A stretch of 61,747 nucleotides of DNA, filler included, from Ministeria vibrans ATCC 50519 (GCA_943704425.1; 6 parts of 6 records of this genome joined end to end with filler, not necessarily neighbours in it), one strand, 5' to 3'. Shown: positions 14,750 to 26,000, counted from the whole stretch's first letter. Numbers and translations: made by a program. The notes: a model not told the origin generated them from the letters alone.

Positions 14750-14964
14750 TCACAGCTGACCCAACTGAGCCCTCAAATCATCCAAATCGATAGCAGCACT
14801 TGACTCAACAGCAACCGAACTCGAGTCGTTCTCTTTCTCTTCCTCAACGACCACATCAGGACCATCGTAGGCAAATGAGAGACCGGCGCTGACCGTCACT
14901 GCGGCAGATGCAAGGGTTGTCGTGTCAGTCGCCTCATCGCTGTCACTGTCATCCAGACTGATTC
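14750..14964 (-). CDS. UBA5: Terminal exon of UBA5 (UFM1-interacting and UFC1-binding tail), separated from the rest of the gene
   Basis: Phase-1 acceptor completes DNEW-G-ISL; GLSFAY and C-terminal LDDLRAQLGQL* parallel the UBA5 tail (EWGIELV...GITVAY...LEDLMAKMKNM). Confidence 0.85.
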
Positions 14965-15104
14965 CTACAAAAATCATAAACGAGAGTTTGAGAGTTTGGG
15001 AGAGAAAAAGAGAGGTAGAGAGAGAGAAAAAGTTTCAAAAGAGTGAAAAAAGGGACATACGATAAAGTGCAAAGAAAAAACCACCTTCACAGATAGTGAA
15101 AAGC

Positions 15105-15138
<34 letters not shown>

Positions 15139-15192
15139 AAGAGAGATAAAGTGATAGAGAGAGATAGATAGAGAGAGAGAGATAGAGAGATA

Positions 15193-15303
<111 letters not shown>

Positions 15304-15309
15304 NNNNNN

Positions 15310-15554
15310 GTTGGTCCCGACCACCCATCCACAGGCGACACATTGAACGGCATGGCCAATGCGTTCGTGGTACAGGGAGACTACAGCCGTGCTCTTGAGT
15401 ACTATGGGCGTGCTCTGACCATTTATAAGAAGTCTGTTGGTGCCGACCACCCATCCATAGGCAACACATTGAACAACATGGCTGTTGTGTGCAAGCTGTT
15501 GGTCCCAACCACCCATCCGCAGGCGTACTAATGTTCAACATGGCACTGCTATAA
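15310..15554 (+). pseudogene. Degenerate TPR-repeat fragment (kinesin-light-chain/NPHP3-type 42-aa repeats)
   Basis: VGPDHPSTGDTLNGMA...GDYSRALEYYGRALTIYKKSVGADHPSIGNTLNNMA, then internal deletion and frameshift into VGPNHPSAG..FNMALL*. Confidence 0.7.
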
Positions 15555-16039
15555 TTAAGAAATAAAATGAAAAGGTTTACTCAGTCTATCAAGCAACAAC
15601 TTCATGTGAGCAAGAGTAGTACAATGCTTCCACCGTAGACTAAAGTAAGTGAGTGAGTGCAGACAGACTCACCAGCAACTGTTCAACAATAATAAAAATA
15701 ATAATATTAGAAGAAGAATCCAACCCATTTATTAATGACACAGTCGCCACTCAAAGTATTTGAAGAAGAAGAACACAGCCCATTTATTCATAATAATAAT
15801 ACAGTCACCAGGATCAACAGCAAAAGCACGAGTGCAATCGCTATCCAGTGAGGGAACCGCAATGATACGCCATACCCTCCAGTGCCCAGTGGGGGCTTAG
15901 GGCTCTATAAATATTATTATTAGAAGAAGAATACAACACATTTATATTATTATTATTATTATTAATAATCGATCGTATTCAATTCTCCTCGTTTTGACGT
16001 TTTCATCTAAATTCTAAAAAGTAAAATAATTTCGTTGTC

Positions 16040-18856
16040 ATGCCACACCGCACGTCAGCACCGTCACACATGATGGCGGCGCTGCTCGTTTCACTCACTC
16101 TCTGGACGTGCCAGGCAGCCGTGGACGAGAGCACGGTGCACTGGAGTGAGGCGTTGCGTCCTCCTTCAGTCACAGCAGACCTCCAGCGAAGTTCATCGCC
16201 TCCTCCTGCGCTCGTGGCGCGTCTGCCGTCACAGCGCGACGCCGACGAGATTGCACGTGCTGCTGGCGTCACCCTGTGGCACACAGCGGCTGTCGGTGGC
16301 GAGTGGTTTGCGTCGTTTGCGTCACCGCAAAGGGCTCGTCTACTGCTCGCGCATCTTCACTCGCGTCGACGGGCGTCTTCCTCGTCCTCCTCGCCGTCGT
16401 CGTTGCCCTCGGTGTGGTACGAGCCGACTCTTGAGCGGCGTCGACGAGCGCCAGTCGGTGAGTCGCCCGAACGGCGTCGTGCGACCGATTCGGCGTTCAC
16501 TATCGAGTCGCTCAAGGATCCCATGTTCAAGCACCAATGGCACCTCCACAACACGCGCAAGGACCAGGAGTTTCACGATTTGGGCATGAGCAGAGTCTGG
16601 CCCAGCGGATACACCGGCAAAGGCGTCGTGGTGACCGTTGTCGACGATGGGCTCGATCATCGCCATCCAGACTTTGACGGCACCTACTACCCCGAGGCGT
16701 CGACCGATATCAACGACCACGACGACGACCCTACGCCTCATTGCGGTCCCGGAACCGGCTGCAGCAATATACACGGCACTGCCTGCGCTGGTGAGATTGC
16801 TGCGCAGCCAAACGATGTGTGTGGCGTTGGCATAGCGCCCGGCGTGCGACTCGGCGGCATTCGCATGCTCGACGGGCGCATCACCGACTCGACCGAGGGA
16901 AGTGCCTTTAGCTTCCGCCAGGATCTTATTGACATTTACAGCATCAGTTGGGGACCCACGGACGACGGGAATCACACGGAGGGCCCCGGACGACTCGCGT
17001 ACACGGCCATTATGGATGGGATCAAGAAGGGCCGCAACGGCAAGGGGGCCATCTATGTGGTTGCAAGTGGTGATGGAGGCGACGAGGACGACTGCAACGC
17101 CGATGGCTATGCCAACTCGCCCTTCACCATTGCGACGGGCTCGATTGGTTCGTGGGAGAAGACGCCCAACTACGAGGAGCCGTGTGCGGCGCAAATTGCA
17201 ACGACATGGAGTCAGGGCGACGGCGGAGGGCCGTCCTTCTCACAGCCACACAGGAAACGGAGACGGACTGGAGAAGGGGAAGGAGAGGAGGAGGAAGACG
17301 GGAGTGAGGATGACTATGACGATGATGATGAGGAGGATGGTGATACGGATCCGAATGACGAAGACGATCAGGATCACACTGGGAGTGGGGATGATGAAGG
17401 GATGCCCGAGTCGAATCCCGATGAAATGGACGGTAGTAGCGAGCCTGATGCGGATGGGTACTATCAGGGAGGTGATTATGATCCACGAGGGATTGTGACG
17501 ACGCTGGTTGGCAATAGTTGTATGCAGCAGATGGGGGGTACGAGCGCGTCTGCGCCCATGATGGTGGGTGCCGTGGCACTCATGTTGCAGGCTCGACCTG
17601 ATTTCACCTGGCGCGATATCCAGCATTGTGTTGTGCGTGCGGCGGTGCCCGTGGAAGATGCACGACAGCGGCACTGGAAGTACTCGCCCAATGGAGTTGG
17701 CTTGCGCTTCTCGCGCTACCGCGGCTTTGGCGTGGTTCATGTGCCGCGTCTGCTGTACGTCACGGAGCGCTGGAAGCCAGTGGGGCCCCTAGAGACATGT
17801 TCAATCAAGGACGACACCACTGTGCCTGTGTCCATTGCTAAGGTGCGTCATACCTTTGCAGAGGCGCCAACGCGCATTGTGGTTGAGACGACCGGGTGTA
17901 ATGCCGAGCAAAAGTACTCGACCGAGGCGGCCCTTGAGCATGTTGGATTGCAGATGTCTTTTACCCACGGCCGTTTGGGTGACGTGCGCGTGCGTTTGCG
18001 CTCGCCCATGGGCACGTGGTCGACTTTGATGAACCGTCGTCGTCGTGCCACGTCCACCAGTGGCCTCCACGGTTGGTTCATGTTCTCCGTGGCCTTTTGG
18101 GGCGAGAACCCGCGCGGCAATTGGACTCTCGAGATTGTCGACGAGGGCTACACTACGACGGCGGGCACCCTCACCGCATGGAAGATTGTGCTGCTGCAGT
18201 CGCGCGTGGTCGCCGACCACCCTGCCTACGACTACAGCGACATGTCAATGAACCCAACACCGGCCACACTCGCCCAGCAGTACACACTGGACCCTCTCTA
18301 CGCACAGAAACATCCCGAAGTGCTGGAAAAGGTACCCGAGGACACCGACAACACAGAGGAAACGGCACCAGCGACACACCAAGCACCAATGCCCGCACAG
18401 ACTACCACAGCGACGGTAGAGGAAGAGACACCGGCAAGTACAGCAAGTGCAGCAATGGAATCAACAGCAGCAGCAGCAGAGGCAGCAGAGGCAACATCTG
18501 CAGTTGCTGTTGCAACAACAACGAGTAGCGGTGAGCCGAAATCAGGCGAGCCGCAACCCAAATGGCTCTCGATACACATGCGTCAAGTGATTGTGGGTGG
18601 TGCTGTCATTGGTAGTCTGTTTGCTGTCGTGACACTCGTGTACCTCTATGTGATGTGGCAGCGCGACCGTCGCTCCAACTACACTCTGGTGTCGGGTGGG
18701 CAGAGACGCGGTGGGCGACGAAGAGCACGTCAGCGCTTCAGCGACACGCGCAAGGAGAGTCTAGATGCCGACGATGACTTTGAGGCCATCGTGTCGTCAG
18801 GGTTTCGTGACGATGACGATGAGAGCGATGAAGATGAAGTCGTCTACAGAGAGTGA
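16040..18856 (+). CDS. Kexin/furin-family proprotein convertase (S8B catalytic domain + P domain + TM), single exon
   Basis: Signal peptide; RRRR propeptide sites; VVDDG, HGTACAG, GTSASAP catalytic triad; P domain (EHV..., WGENPRGNWTLEI); TM helix; YTLV and acidic cluster in cytosolic tail. Confidence 0.95.
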   Translation: MPHRTSAPSHMMAALLVSLTLWTCQAAVDESTVHWSEALRPPSVTADLQRSSSPPPALVARLPSQRDADEIARAAGVTLWHTAAVGGEWFASFASPQRARLLLAHLHSRRRASSSSSSPSSLPSVWYEPTLERRRRAPVGESPERRRATDSAFTIESLKDPMFKHQWHLHNTRKDQEFHDLGMSRVWPSGYTGKGVVVTVVDDGLDHRHPDFDGTYYPEASTDINDHDDDPTPHCGPGTGCSNIHGTACAGEIAAQPNDVCGVGIAPGVRLGGIRMLDGRITDSTEGSAFSFRQDLIDIYSISWGPTDDGNHTEGPGRLAYTAIMDGIKKGRNGKGAIYVVASGDGGDEDDCNADGYANSPFTIATGSIGSWEKTPNYEEPCAAQIATTWSQGDGGGPSFSQPHRKRRRTGEGEGEEEEDGSEDDYDDDDEEDGDTDPNDEDDQDHTGSGDDEGMPESNPDEMDGSSEPDADGYYQGGDYDPRGIVTTLVGNSCMQQMGGTSASAPMMVGAVALMLQARPDFTWRDIQHCVVRAAVPVEDARQRHWKYSPNGVGLRFSRYRGFGVVHVPRLLYVTERWKPVGPLETCSIKDDTTVPVSIAKVRHTFAEAPTRIVVETTGCNAEQKYSTEAALEHVGLQMSFTHGRLGDVRVRLRSPMGTWSTLMNRRRRATSTSGLHGWFMFSVAFWGENPRGNWTLEIVDEGYTTTAGTLTAWKIVLLQSRVVADHPAYDYSDMSMNPTPATLAQQYTLDPLYAQKHPEVLEKVPEDTDNTEETAPATHQAPMPAQTTTATVEEETPASTASAAMESTAAAAEAAEATSAVAVATTTSSGEPKSGEPQPKWLSIHMRQVIVGGAVIGSLFAVVTLVYLYVMWQRDRRSNYTLVSGGQRRGGRRRARQRFSDTRKESLDADDDFEAIVSSGFRDDDDESDEDEVVYRE

Positions 18857-19024
18857 TGGCGGAAAACAGAGGTCAACATTGAGAGAGAGAGAGAGAGAGA
18901 GAAAATTAATGGAAACGTTAAGAATGTACTGAACGCATCAGTTATAATAAAATGGAAAAATTAAGATTTATTTTACTGAACGCGTCAGCTTTATAATTAT
19001 GTGAGTGAGTGAGCAATGAGTGAG

Positions 19025-19874
<850 letters not shown>

Positions 19875-19877
19875 CTA

Positions 19878-19936
<59 letters not shown>

Positions 19937-19953
19937 GAGAGAGACAGACAGAC

Positions 19954-19993
<40 letters not shown>

Positions 19994-20182
19994 AGTGATA
20001 GATAGATAAAAAGTGATAGAGAGATAAAAAGTGATAGAGAGAGAGAAACAAAGTGATAGAGAGAGAGAGAGAGAGAAAAGGAGAGAGAGAGAAAGTGATA
20101 GAGAGAAACGAAGTGATAGAGAGTAGCAAGTGATAGAGAGAGATAAAAAGTGATAGAGAGATTGTGTGTGTGCGTGCCGTAC

Positions 20183-21655
20183 CCCACTCGTTGTCATCAT
20201 GCACAACCGACTGCTCATCCACACTGACCGCACTGCACTGTTGTTTGTTCTGTTCACTCTCCCGCACATTCTGCATATCACTCTGTCGCTTCACGCACTC
20301 TCCGTTGGAACACTGCGCGTTTGGACGCAGTTCCATTGTAGGGAAATAGTCCACTAATGCGTTGTATCCCAGATAGCTCGTCACTTGGCCAAACTGCAGG
20401 AGATACCTAATCATTATCATCAAAAGTGAATGAGTTAAAAAAGACGCGCAGGCAGAGAGAGAAACAAAATGATAGAGAGAGGAGGGAGAAAGAAACAAAG
20501 TGATAAAATTGAAAAATATAATCAATCATCCACGAACAGATATGTACGTCTCTCCCTCCCACACACACACACACGCTTTTTCGTACTTAAGAGTGTTCTG
20601 GACAAGCAGTCCAGCTACCACACCCATTGTGGTGGGCAGAGACGCCGCACATACCCCGTCGCGCTTCAGCGACTTCTCATTGCCCGTCACCACAACCAAT
20701 GGCGGAGCACACTACATGACACACGTATTATATCTTTCTCATTAATAATTGTGCGCTATGTACGGCAAAGCAAGCAGTGACTCCCGGTCGAATGAGCTGA
20801 ATGTGACCCGACACGGCATTTTCACTGACTCCCGACTCAATCCACACTTGGTTGAGCTCGTTGCACGCCTGGTTGATAGCCATGCGCGCCTCAAAGTTGT
20901 CGACACAGCTGAGAACGAGATTGACAGGGGATGCGCCGTCGAGTGCTCCCGTGTTGATTTGGCGGCAAAAGTGCTCGAAACGGTCGACTTTGGTAATATC
21001 GTAGTTGTGGCATTCGATGAGGACGTCTGGGTTGATTCCGGCCAGCGTCTCGCGCGCTGCTTCGACTTTGGATTGGCCACTTTGCTCGGGACGGAAGAAC
21101 AGTCTTCCAAAAACACACACATCATCAAACTGCAATCTGCGTGAGACGTATGTTCGCCATACCGGTTCATGTTGGCGAGCTCCACCTTGTCGTAATCGAA
21201 CATGATGAGCTTGCCGACGCCACAGCGGGTGAGCATTTCGCATGCGACGCTGCCGACGCCGCCGATGCCGACGACGAGCACCGTGAAGTCGCGGATGCGC
21301 TGGAAGGGGAGCCAGAGAGGGTCAGGGGCGTGCGGGCGCGCTTTGGTGCTGCGCTCTCACCTCGTAGTTGTCAACAATGCCCATTCGCTTCAGCGCCATC
21401 AGACGACTGTCAAAGAGAGCGGTAGAGCATGAAACACAAAAAACGACAGTGTGTCGCCAAGACACGCCGAGTCTCCCGCCAACGTCGCCCGGAGGACCTC
21501 CCCAGCACCTACCTGTAGGGGTTGGTATCGACGACCTCCGCGCTAAGGGTCTCAATTTTGGCGCGTGGTGCGTTGTTGTTGGCTGATGTCTTTTCATGCA
21601 GCTGCGATTCAAGCTCGCGAATGCGCTGGCGCAGTTGCTCTACTTCGGTGCTCAT
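20183..21655 (-). CDS. UBA5: UFM1-activating enzyme UBA5 (all exons except the last)
   Basis: [69 protein letters not shown], catalytic [14 protein letters not shown]. Confidence 0.97.
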
Positions 21656-21778
21656 GGGGAACGGGGAGTAGTGGGGAGGGGGGCGAGGAGATGATAGAAA
21701 AGAAATTAATGAGTTGTATTGATTATTGAATTGAGTATTGACTAGAGCTTTGTTTGCTTTTGTCTTCTCACAGCCTCA

Positions 21779-21887
21779 TGACTCATTGAGTGAGTGATGT
21801 ATTGCACCCGAGCGAGTCATGTGACTCATGAGTCATGTCACTGATCTTAGACGAAATTCAAATCTCTGCGTCTGTCTGTTTGAGTCA
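21779..21887. promoter_or_regulatory. Cluster of four TGA(C/G)TCA (AP-1/GCN4-type bZIP) sites in the divergent UBA5/EB1 promoter
   Basis: Exact matches at 21779, 21822, 21829 and 21881. Confidence 0.5.
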
Positions 21888-21955
21888 ATGCGACTGTGTG
21901 TCCGAATGGCTGATCTGACTAAAATGAAAAATCAAATCAAACTAATTGTCTAATT

Positions 21956-23868
21956 ATGGTCCAAAACGTATATCTCACCCCTAACAGCGCCCAGGAAAAC
22001 CTGTCCCGCCATGACATGTTGGCGTGGGTCAACTCTACACTCACGCTGGGTTACACGAAAATCGAAGAACTCGCGTCAGGTTTGAAAAAAAAAACAGACA
22101 CACAAATCATCCGACGCCGCTCGTTCTCGGGAACCGCGTGCCCCAGCGCGAGCTGCATACGTCGGGCGTGTACCTGCTGCGTCCCGTGGCGTGGACAGCG
22201 TGGCGTGTATGGCCCTGGAATACCATTTGGGCTTGAGACCTGTCAGAAAAAACTTTTTGAAACGTTGGGCGAAAAATTTCGCTTGTTGCGCTCGTCTGTT
22301 CGTCTGAAACCTTGCCAGGGTGCATGCGCAACACTCTGCGGCTTGCGTGCGCTTGAAGAATAACAATCTAATGAGATGACAACAAAACGTTTTTTCTCTC
22401 GTTTCTGTTTCACTTTTAGGAGCAGCTTACTGTCAATTGATTGATCTGCTGTTCAAGGGTAAGGGAAGCATGTCGTGTGTGTGTGTAACTGTGCGTAGTG
22501 TGTGAGTGAGCGAGNNNNNNNNNNNNNNNNNNNNNNNNNNNNNNNNNNNNNNNNNNNNNNNNNNNNNNNNNNNNNNNNNNNNNNNNNNNNNNNNNNNNNN
22601 NNNNNNNNNNNNNNNNNNNNNNNNNNNNNNNNNNNNNNNNNNNNNNNNNNNNNNNNNNNNNNNNNNNNNNNNNNNNNNNNNNNNNNNNNNNNNNNNNNNN
22701 NNNNNNNNNNNNNNNNNNNNNNNNNNNNNNNNNNNNNNNNNNNNNNNNNNNNNNNNNNNNNNNNNNNNNNNNNNNNNNNNNNNNNNNNNNNNNNNNNNNN
22801 NNNNNTGTGCGTAATGTGTGCTTAATGTGTGCTTAATGTGCTTAGTGTGCTTAATGTGCTTAGTGTGCTTAGTGTGCTTAGTGTGCTTAGTGTACTGTGT
22901 GTGCGCGCTTAGTGCGTGTTAGTGCTTGGTGCTTTGTTTTAAATAATTATAATATTTTTTGTATTATTGTTTGTGTGTCTGTGTCGGTGAGCGAGATTTT
23001 GTGACGCTAACCAGAGCATTATTCAGACGCAATCAAACTGAAGCAAGTCAAATTCGCCGCGAAACTTGAGCATGAATACGTGAAGAACTTCAAGTGTCTG
23101 CAGGACAGCTTCACCAAGCTGGGCGTCGACAAGGTGGTGCCCGTTGACAAGCTTGTTCGAGGAAAATTTCAGGACAATTTTGAGTTTGCGCAGTGGTTCA
23201 AAAAGGTACCCAAAACGAAGATCGAGAAGAAGAAGCACATTGATTGGTGGATAGTTCTACGATGCGAATGGCGGGCCATGCGGCAAACAAGACGATTACG
23301 ACGGAGCGGCGCGTCGCGCAGAGATGGGTGCGCCCAAAACCAAAACGGCAACAACAAGTAGTACTAGTGCGCGACCCGCTGCGAAAACGACAACCACCAG
23401 CGCCAGAGCCACTGCCACAAGAAAGGCTGTCAGCACTACTACCTCATCAACAACAGCAAAGTCAGCACCGACAAAGACAGCACCAGCCTCGAATGCGGCT
23501 GACGGGAAACCCCACAAGAACGAGCGGATTGTGACAGAGCTCAAACTGACTGTGGAGGGTCTTGAGAAGGAACGCGATTTCTATTTCCAGAAGTTGCGTG
23601 AGATTGAAATGCTCTGTCAGGTACCAAGAGAATCATGCTGGACAAATCAGGCATGGTCACTCTTATCGATTGACCGACTGTTTTCATTGACTCCCATCAA
23701 CTTTTTAGTTTTGCATTGCAACAAATTGACTAACAATTCTCTGCTTACTCTTAGGAGGAAGAAGGGACAACCCAACCGCCCGTCGTTGCCAAAATCCTTG
23801 AGATCCTTTATGCGACTGAAGAGGGGTTTGAGGCTCCTCCCTCTGACAATGATCTCGAAGAATATTAA
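21956..23868 (+). CDS. MAPRE1: Microtubule end-binding protein EB1 (RP/EB family), multi-exon
   Basis: [67 protein letters not shown]-terminal EEY*. Confidence 0.96.
22806..22930 (+). repeat. Intronic minisatellite of (GT)GTGCTTA(A/G)T units next to a gap
   Basis: About 10 imperfect 9-11 nt units in an EB1 intron. Confidence 0.8.
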
Positions 23869-24162
23869 AAAGCATCTCCCTTTTTTTTTTGCATTTTTTT
23901 TGCATGTTTTGTCTTTGACACGATATGATCGATTAACAAGTGCTGTCGGGCTTTTGAGTTGTTCTACCTTGATTTTTCATTATCAACCTGTGTGTGTATG
24001 TTTAAACCACAATAAACATAATAATAATAATAAATTAATGTCAACTAAATTTCATACAATATTATTGTTTTTTCAACTTTAAAGGCTTTCTAATATTCCT
24101 TTGTGCATAGTTATATTGCCATGGAGGTGTTTATTCTGATCGTTTGGGTCGTTGATGGGCTA

Positions 24163-24182
24163 ATTTGCATTGCGTATAAATA
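24163..24182 (+). promoter_or_regulatory. Upstream promoter of tRNA-Sec: TATAAATA at about -33, preceded by ATTTGCAT
   Basis: TATA at 24175-24182 relative to the mature 5' end at 24208; octamer-like motif at 24163-24170. Confidence 0.6.
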
Positions 24183-24207
24183 GCCCTTTTCCCCCTGAGT
24201 TCAGATT

Positions 24208-24305
24208 GGGTCCATGATTCGTTCTGGTGAACGGGGCAGTCTTCAAAAACAGAAGAAAGCTGCGTACGGGTAGCCTCGTAGGGATTCGATTTCTCCTTGG
24301 ACCCG
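24208..24305 (+). tRNA. tRNA-Sec (UCA), eukaryotic 9/4 fold, with an 11-nt intron (24247-24257)
   Basis: Acceptor GGGTCCATG/CTTGGACCC with a U-U pair and G discriminator; 6-bp D stem TCGTTC-TGGT-GAACGG; anticodon stem GCAGT/GCTGC with CT-TCA-A; variable arm TACGGG-TAGC-CTCGTA; 4-bp T stem GGGA-TTCGATT-TCTC; spliced length 87 nt. Confidence 0.92.
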
Positions 24306-24328
24306 AAATGTGTCTGTTCTGTCGCGTA

Positions 24329-24337
24329 TTTTTTTTT
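24329..24337 (+). terminator. Pol III oligo-T terminator of tRNA-Sec
   Basis: T9 run 23 nt after the discriminator base. Confidence 0.7.
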
Positions 24338-24619
24338 GTTGTCTTTTGTATTTTTTTTTTATAAAAATATAATATTGTGAACAAGTGTCAAACTGACTGA
24401 GGCGAGCGAGTGATCAAGCGAGTGAGCCACTCAATGAGTAAATGTAAACTGATTAACTGAGTGATTCAAGTGTCAACTGACTCAACTGACTCAACTGTAG
24501 AGCTGACGCGAGTCACGCGACTGGGCTGAACGCATTTGATCAACATACTGTATAACGATTATCACGTCTCAGAAGTCAAAATACATAGAAAATTGCAATT
24601 TGCAAATCACACTTGTTCC

Positions 24620-26000
24620 ATGAGCGAACCGTGGGATCGCGTCGCAGTGGCGGCCGGTCGTGCGTATGCGTCTAACATGGAGCTGATGATGTCGGAGACG
24701 GGCGAACGATGCCGGACGGATCCGCCAAGTGAGATTGGCGCGTTTTATTCGTGCGCCAACGGAAAGATTGTGTGTCGCTTTCCTACAGCCACTGGGGAGC
24801 CATGTCGGTCAAAGGGGTTTGTGGGCGAAGGTGTGCGGTATCACTTTACCATGTGCCATCCCACGAGCAAGCACCGCGTTGTCTGTGTCGTCTGCAATTC
24901 GTATGTTGGTGCNNNNNNNNNNNNNNNNNNNNNNNNNNNNNNNNNNNNNNNNNNNNNNNNNNNNNNNNNNNNNNNNNNNNNNNNNNNNNNNNNNNNNNNN
25001 NNNNNNNNNNNNNNNNNNNNNNNNNNNNNNNNNNNNNNNNNNNNNNNNNNNNNNNNNNNNNNNNNNNNNNNNNNNNNNNNNNNNNNNNNNNNNNNNNNNN
25101 NNNNNNNNNNNNNNNNNNNNNNNNNNNNNNNNNNNNNNNNNNNNNNNNNNNNNNNNNNNNNNNNNNNNNNNNNNNNNNNNNNNNNNNNNNNNNGGGAATG
25201 GCAAGGTGCGGTGTCGGTGTCGACTTGTGGACGGACGAGTGTGTACGGGAAATGGATTTGCGCCTGAGCGGGTTGGGGATCATTTCTCACACTTCCATCC
25301 TCGGAGTGTGTTCGGCGTCAACTGTGTGGTGTGCAAGGAAGATGTGGCATCAGACTGAAGCACATTGGAGCGCCACCTGCTGCAATCGCACAGTGATGTA
25401 TTCACTCGTGGCTGCGACTGGCTGAGAGTGTACTCTTCACTTGTGCGCAGTGAACTTAAGGAGCGCAATGCGAGTGAGTCTGTGATTGTGCGTGAGCTGC
25501 AGTTATTGCGTGAGAGTGAGCGAGTGCCGTCGTCGTTTGGTGGTTGACTGTCGTGTGCGCAGAAGGAGAAGGAAGTGGGGAGTGGTTGTGGTGCGGTGGA
25601 TCTCGACGCGTCATTTGAGCGACTGTCCAATGGCCAGTTCAAGTGTCGAATGGTGCGACCAGCGACGAGACAGATGTGTGACATTGGACCATTCACAAAG
25701 GGGAATGTGGGTACTCATTTCAGTCAGTGTCATGTGCTGAGTGTGTATCGCACTCGATGTGCCGTCTGCTCGCAGTCAGTGTCACAGGCGAGCAGTCTGC
25801 GTGTTCACCTGCGCCGATGCCACTCTTCTGAGTTCACGCAAACAGTGTTGGCGTCGAACTGGAAGAGTGTATACAGCTGTCATGTACGGAGTGCAATGTT
25901 GCGAGAGGGAGAGAGTGAGAGCGCGATTGAGAGAGAATTGTCGATTTTGTATGAGCATGAGAAAGTCCCTGCCTCATTTCAAAAGTGGGCAACGCAATAA
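24620..26000 (+). pseudogene. Triplicated double zinc-finger (C2H2/BED-like) reading frame with two in-frame TGA codons; pseudogene or recoded gene
   Basis: Three units G-x3-C-x(9-10)-C-x12-HF-x3-H...CxxC-x(12-13)-HL-x3-H; a single frame after the gap is broken only by TGA 25356-58 and TGA 25545-47; gap 24913-25193. Confidence 0.6.

Noticed and set aside
19990-20160. GTGATAGAGA resemblance to a tet operator half-site
   Set aside because: Never forms the palindromic operator; it is the endogenous intronic motif within GA repeats
25356-25547. Genome-wide UGA=Trp reassignment
   Set aside because: Several intact genes in the window end in TGA (e.g. convertase, Rpn10, GPATCH11, ubiquitin) and conserved Trp residues use TGG
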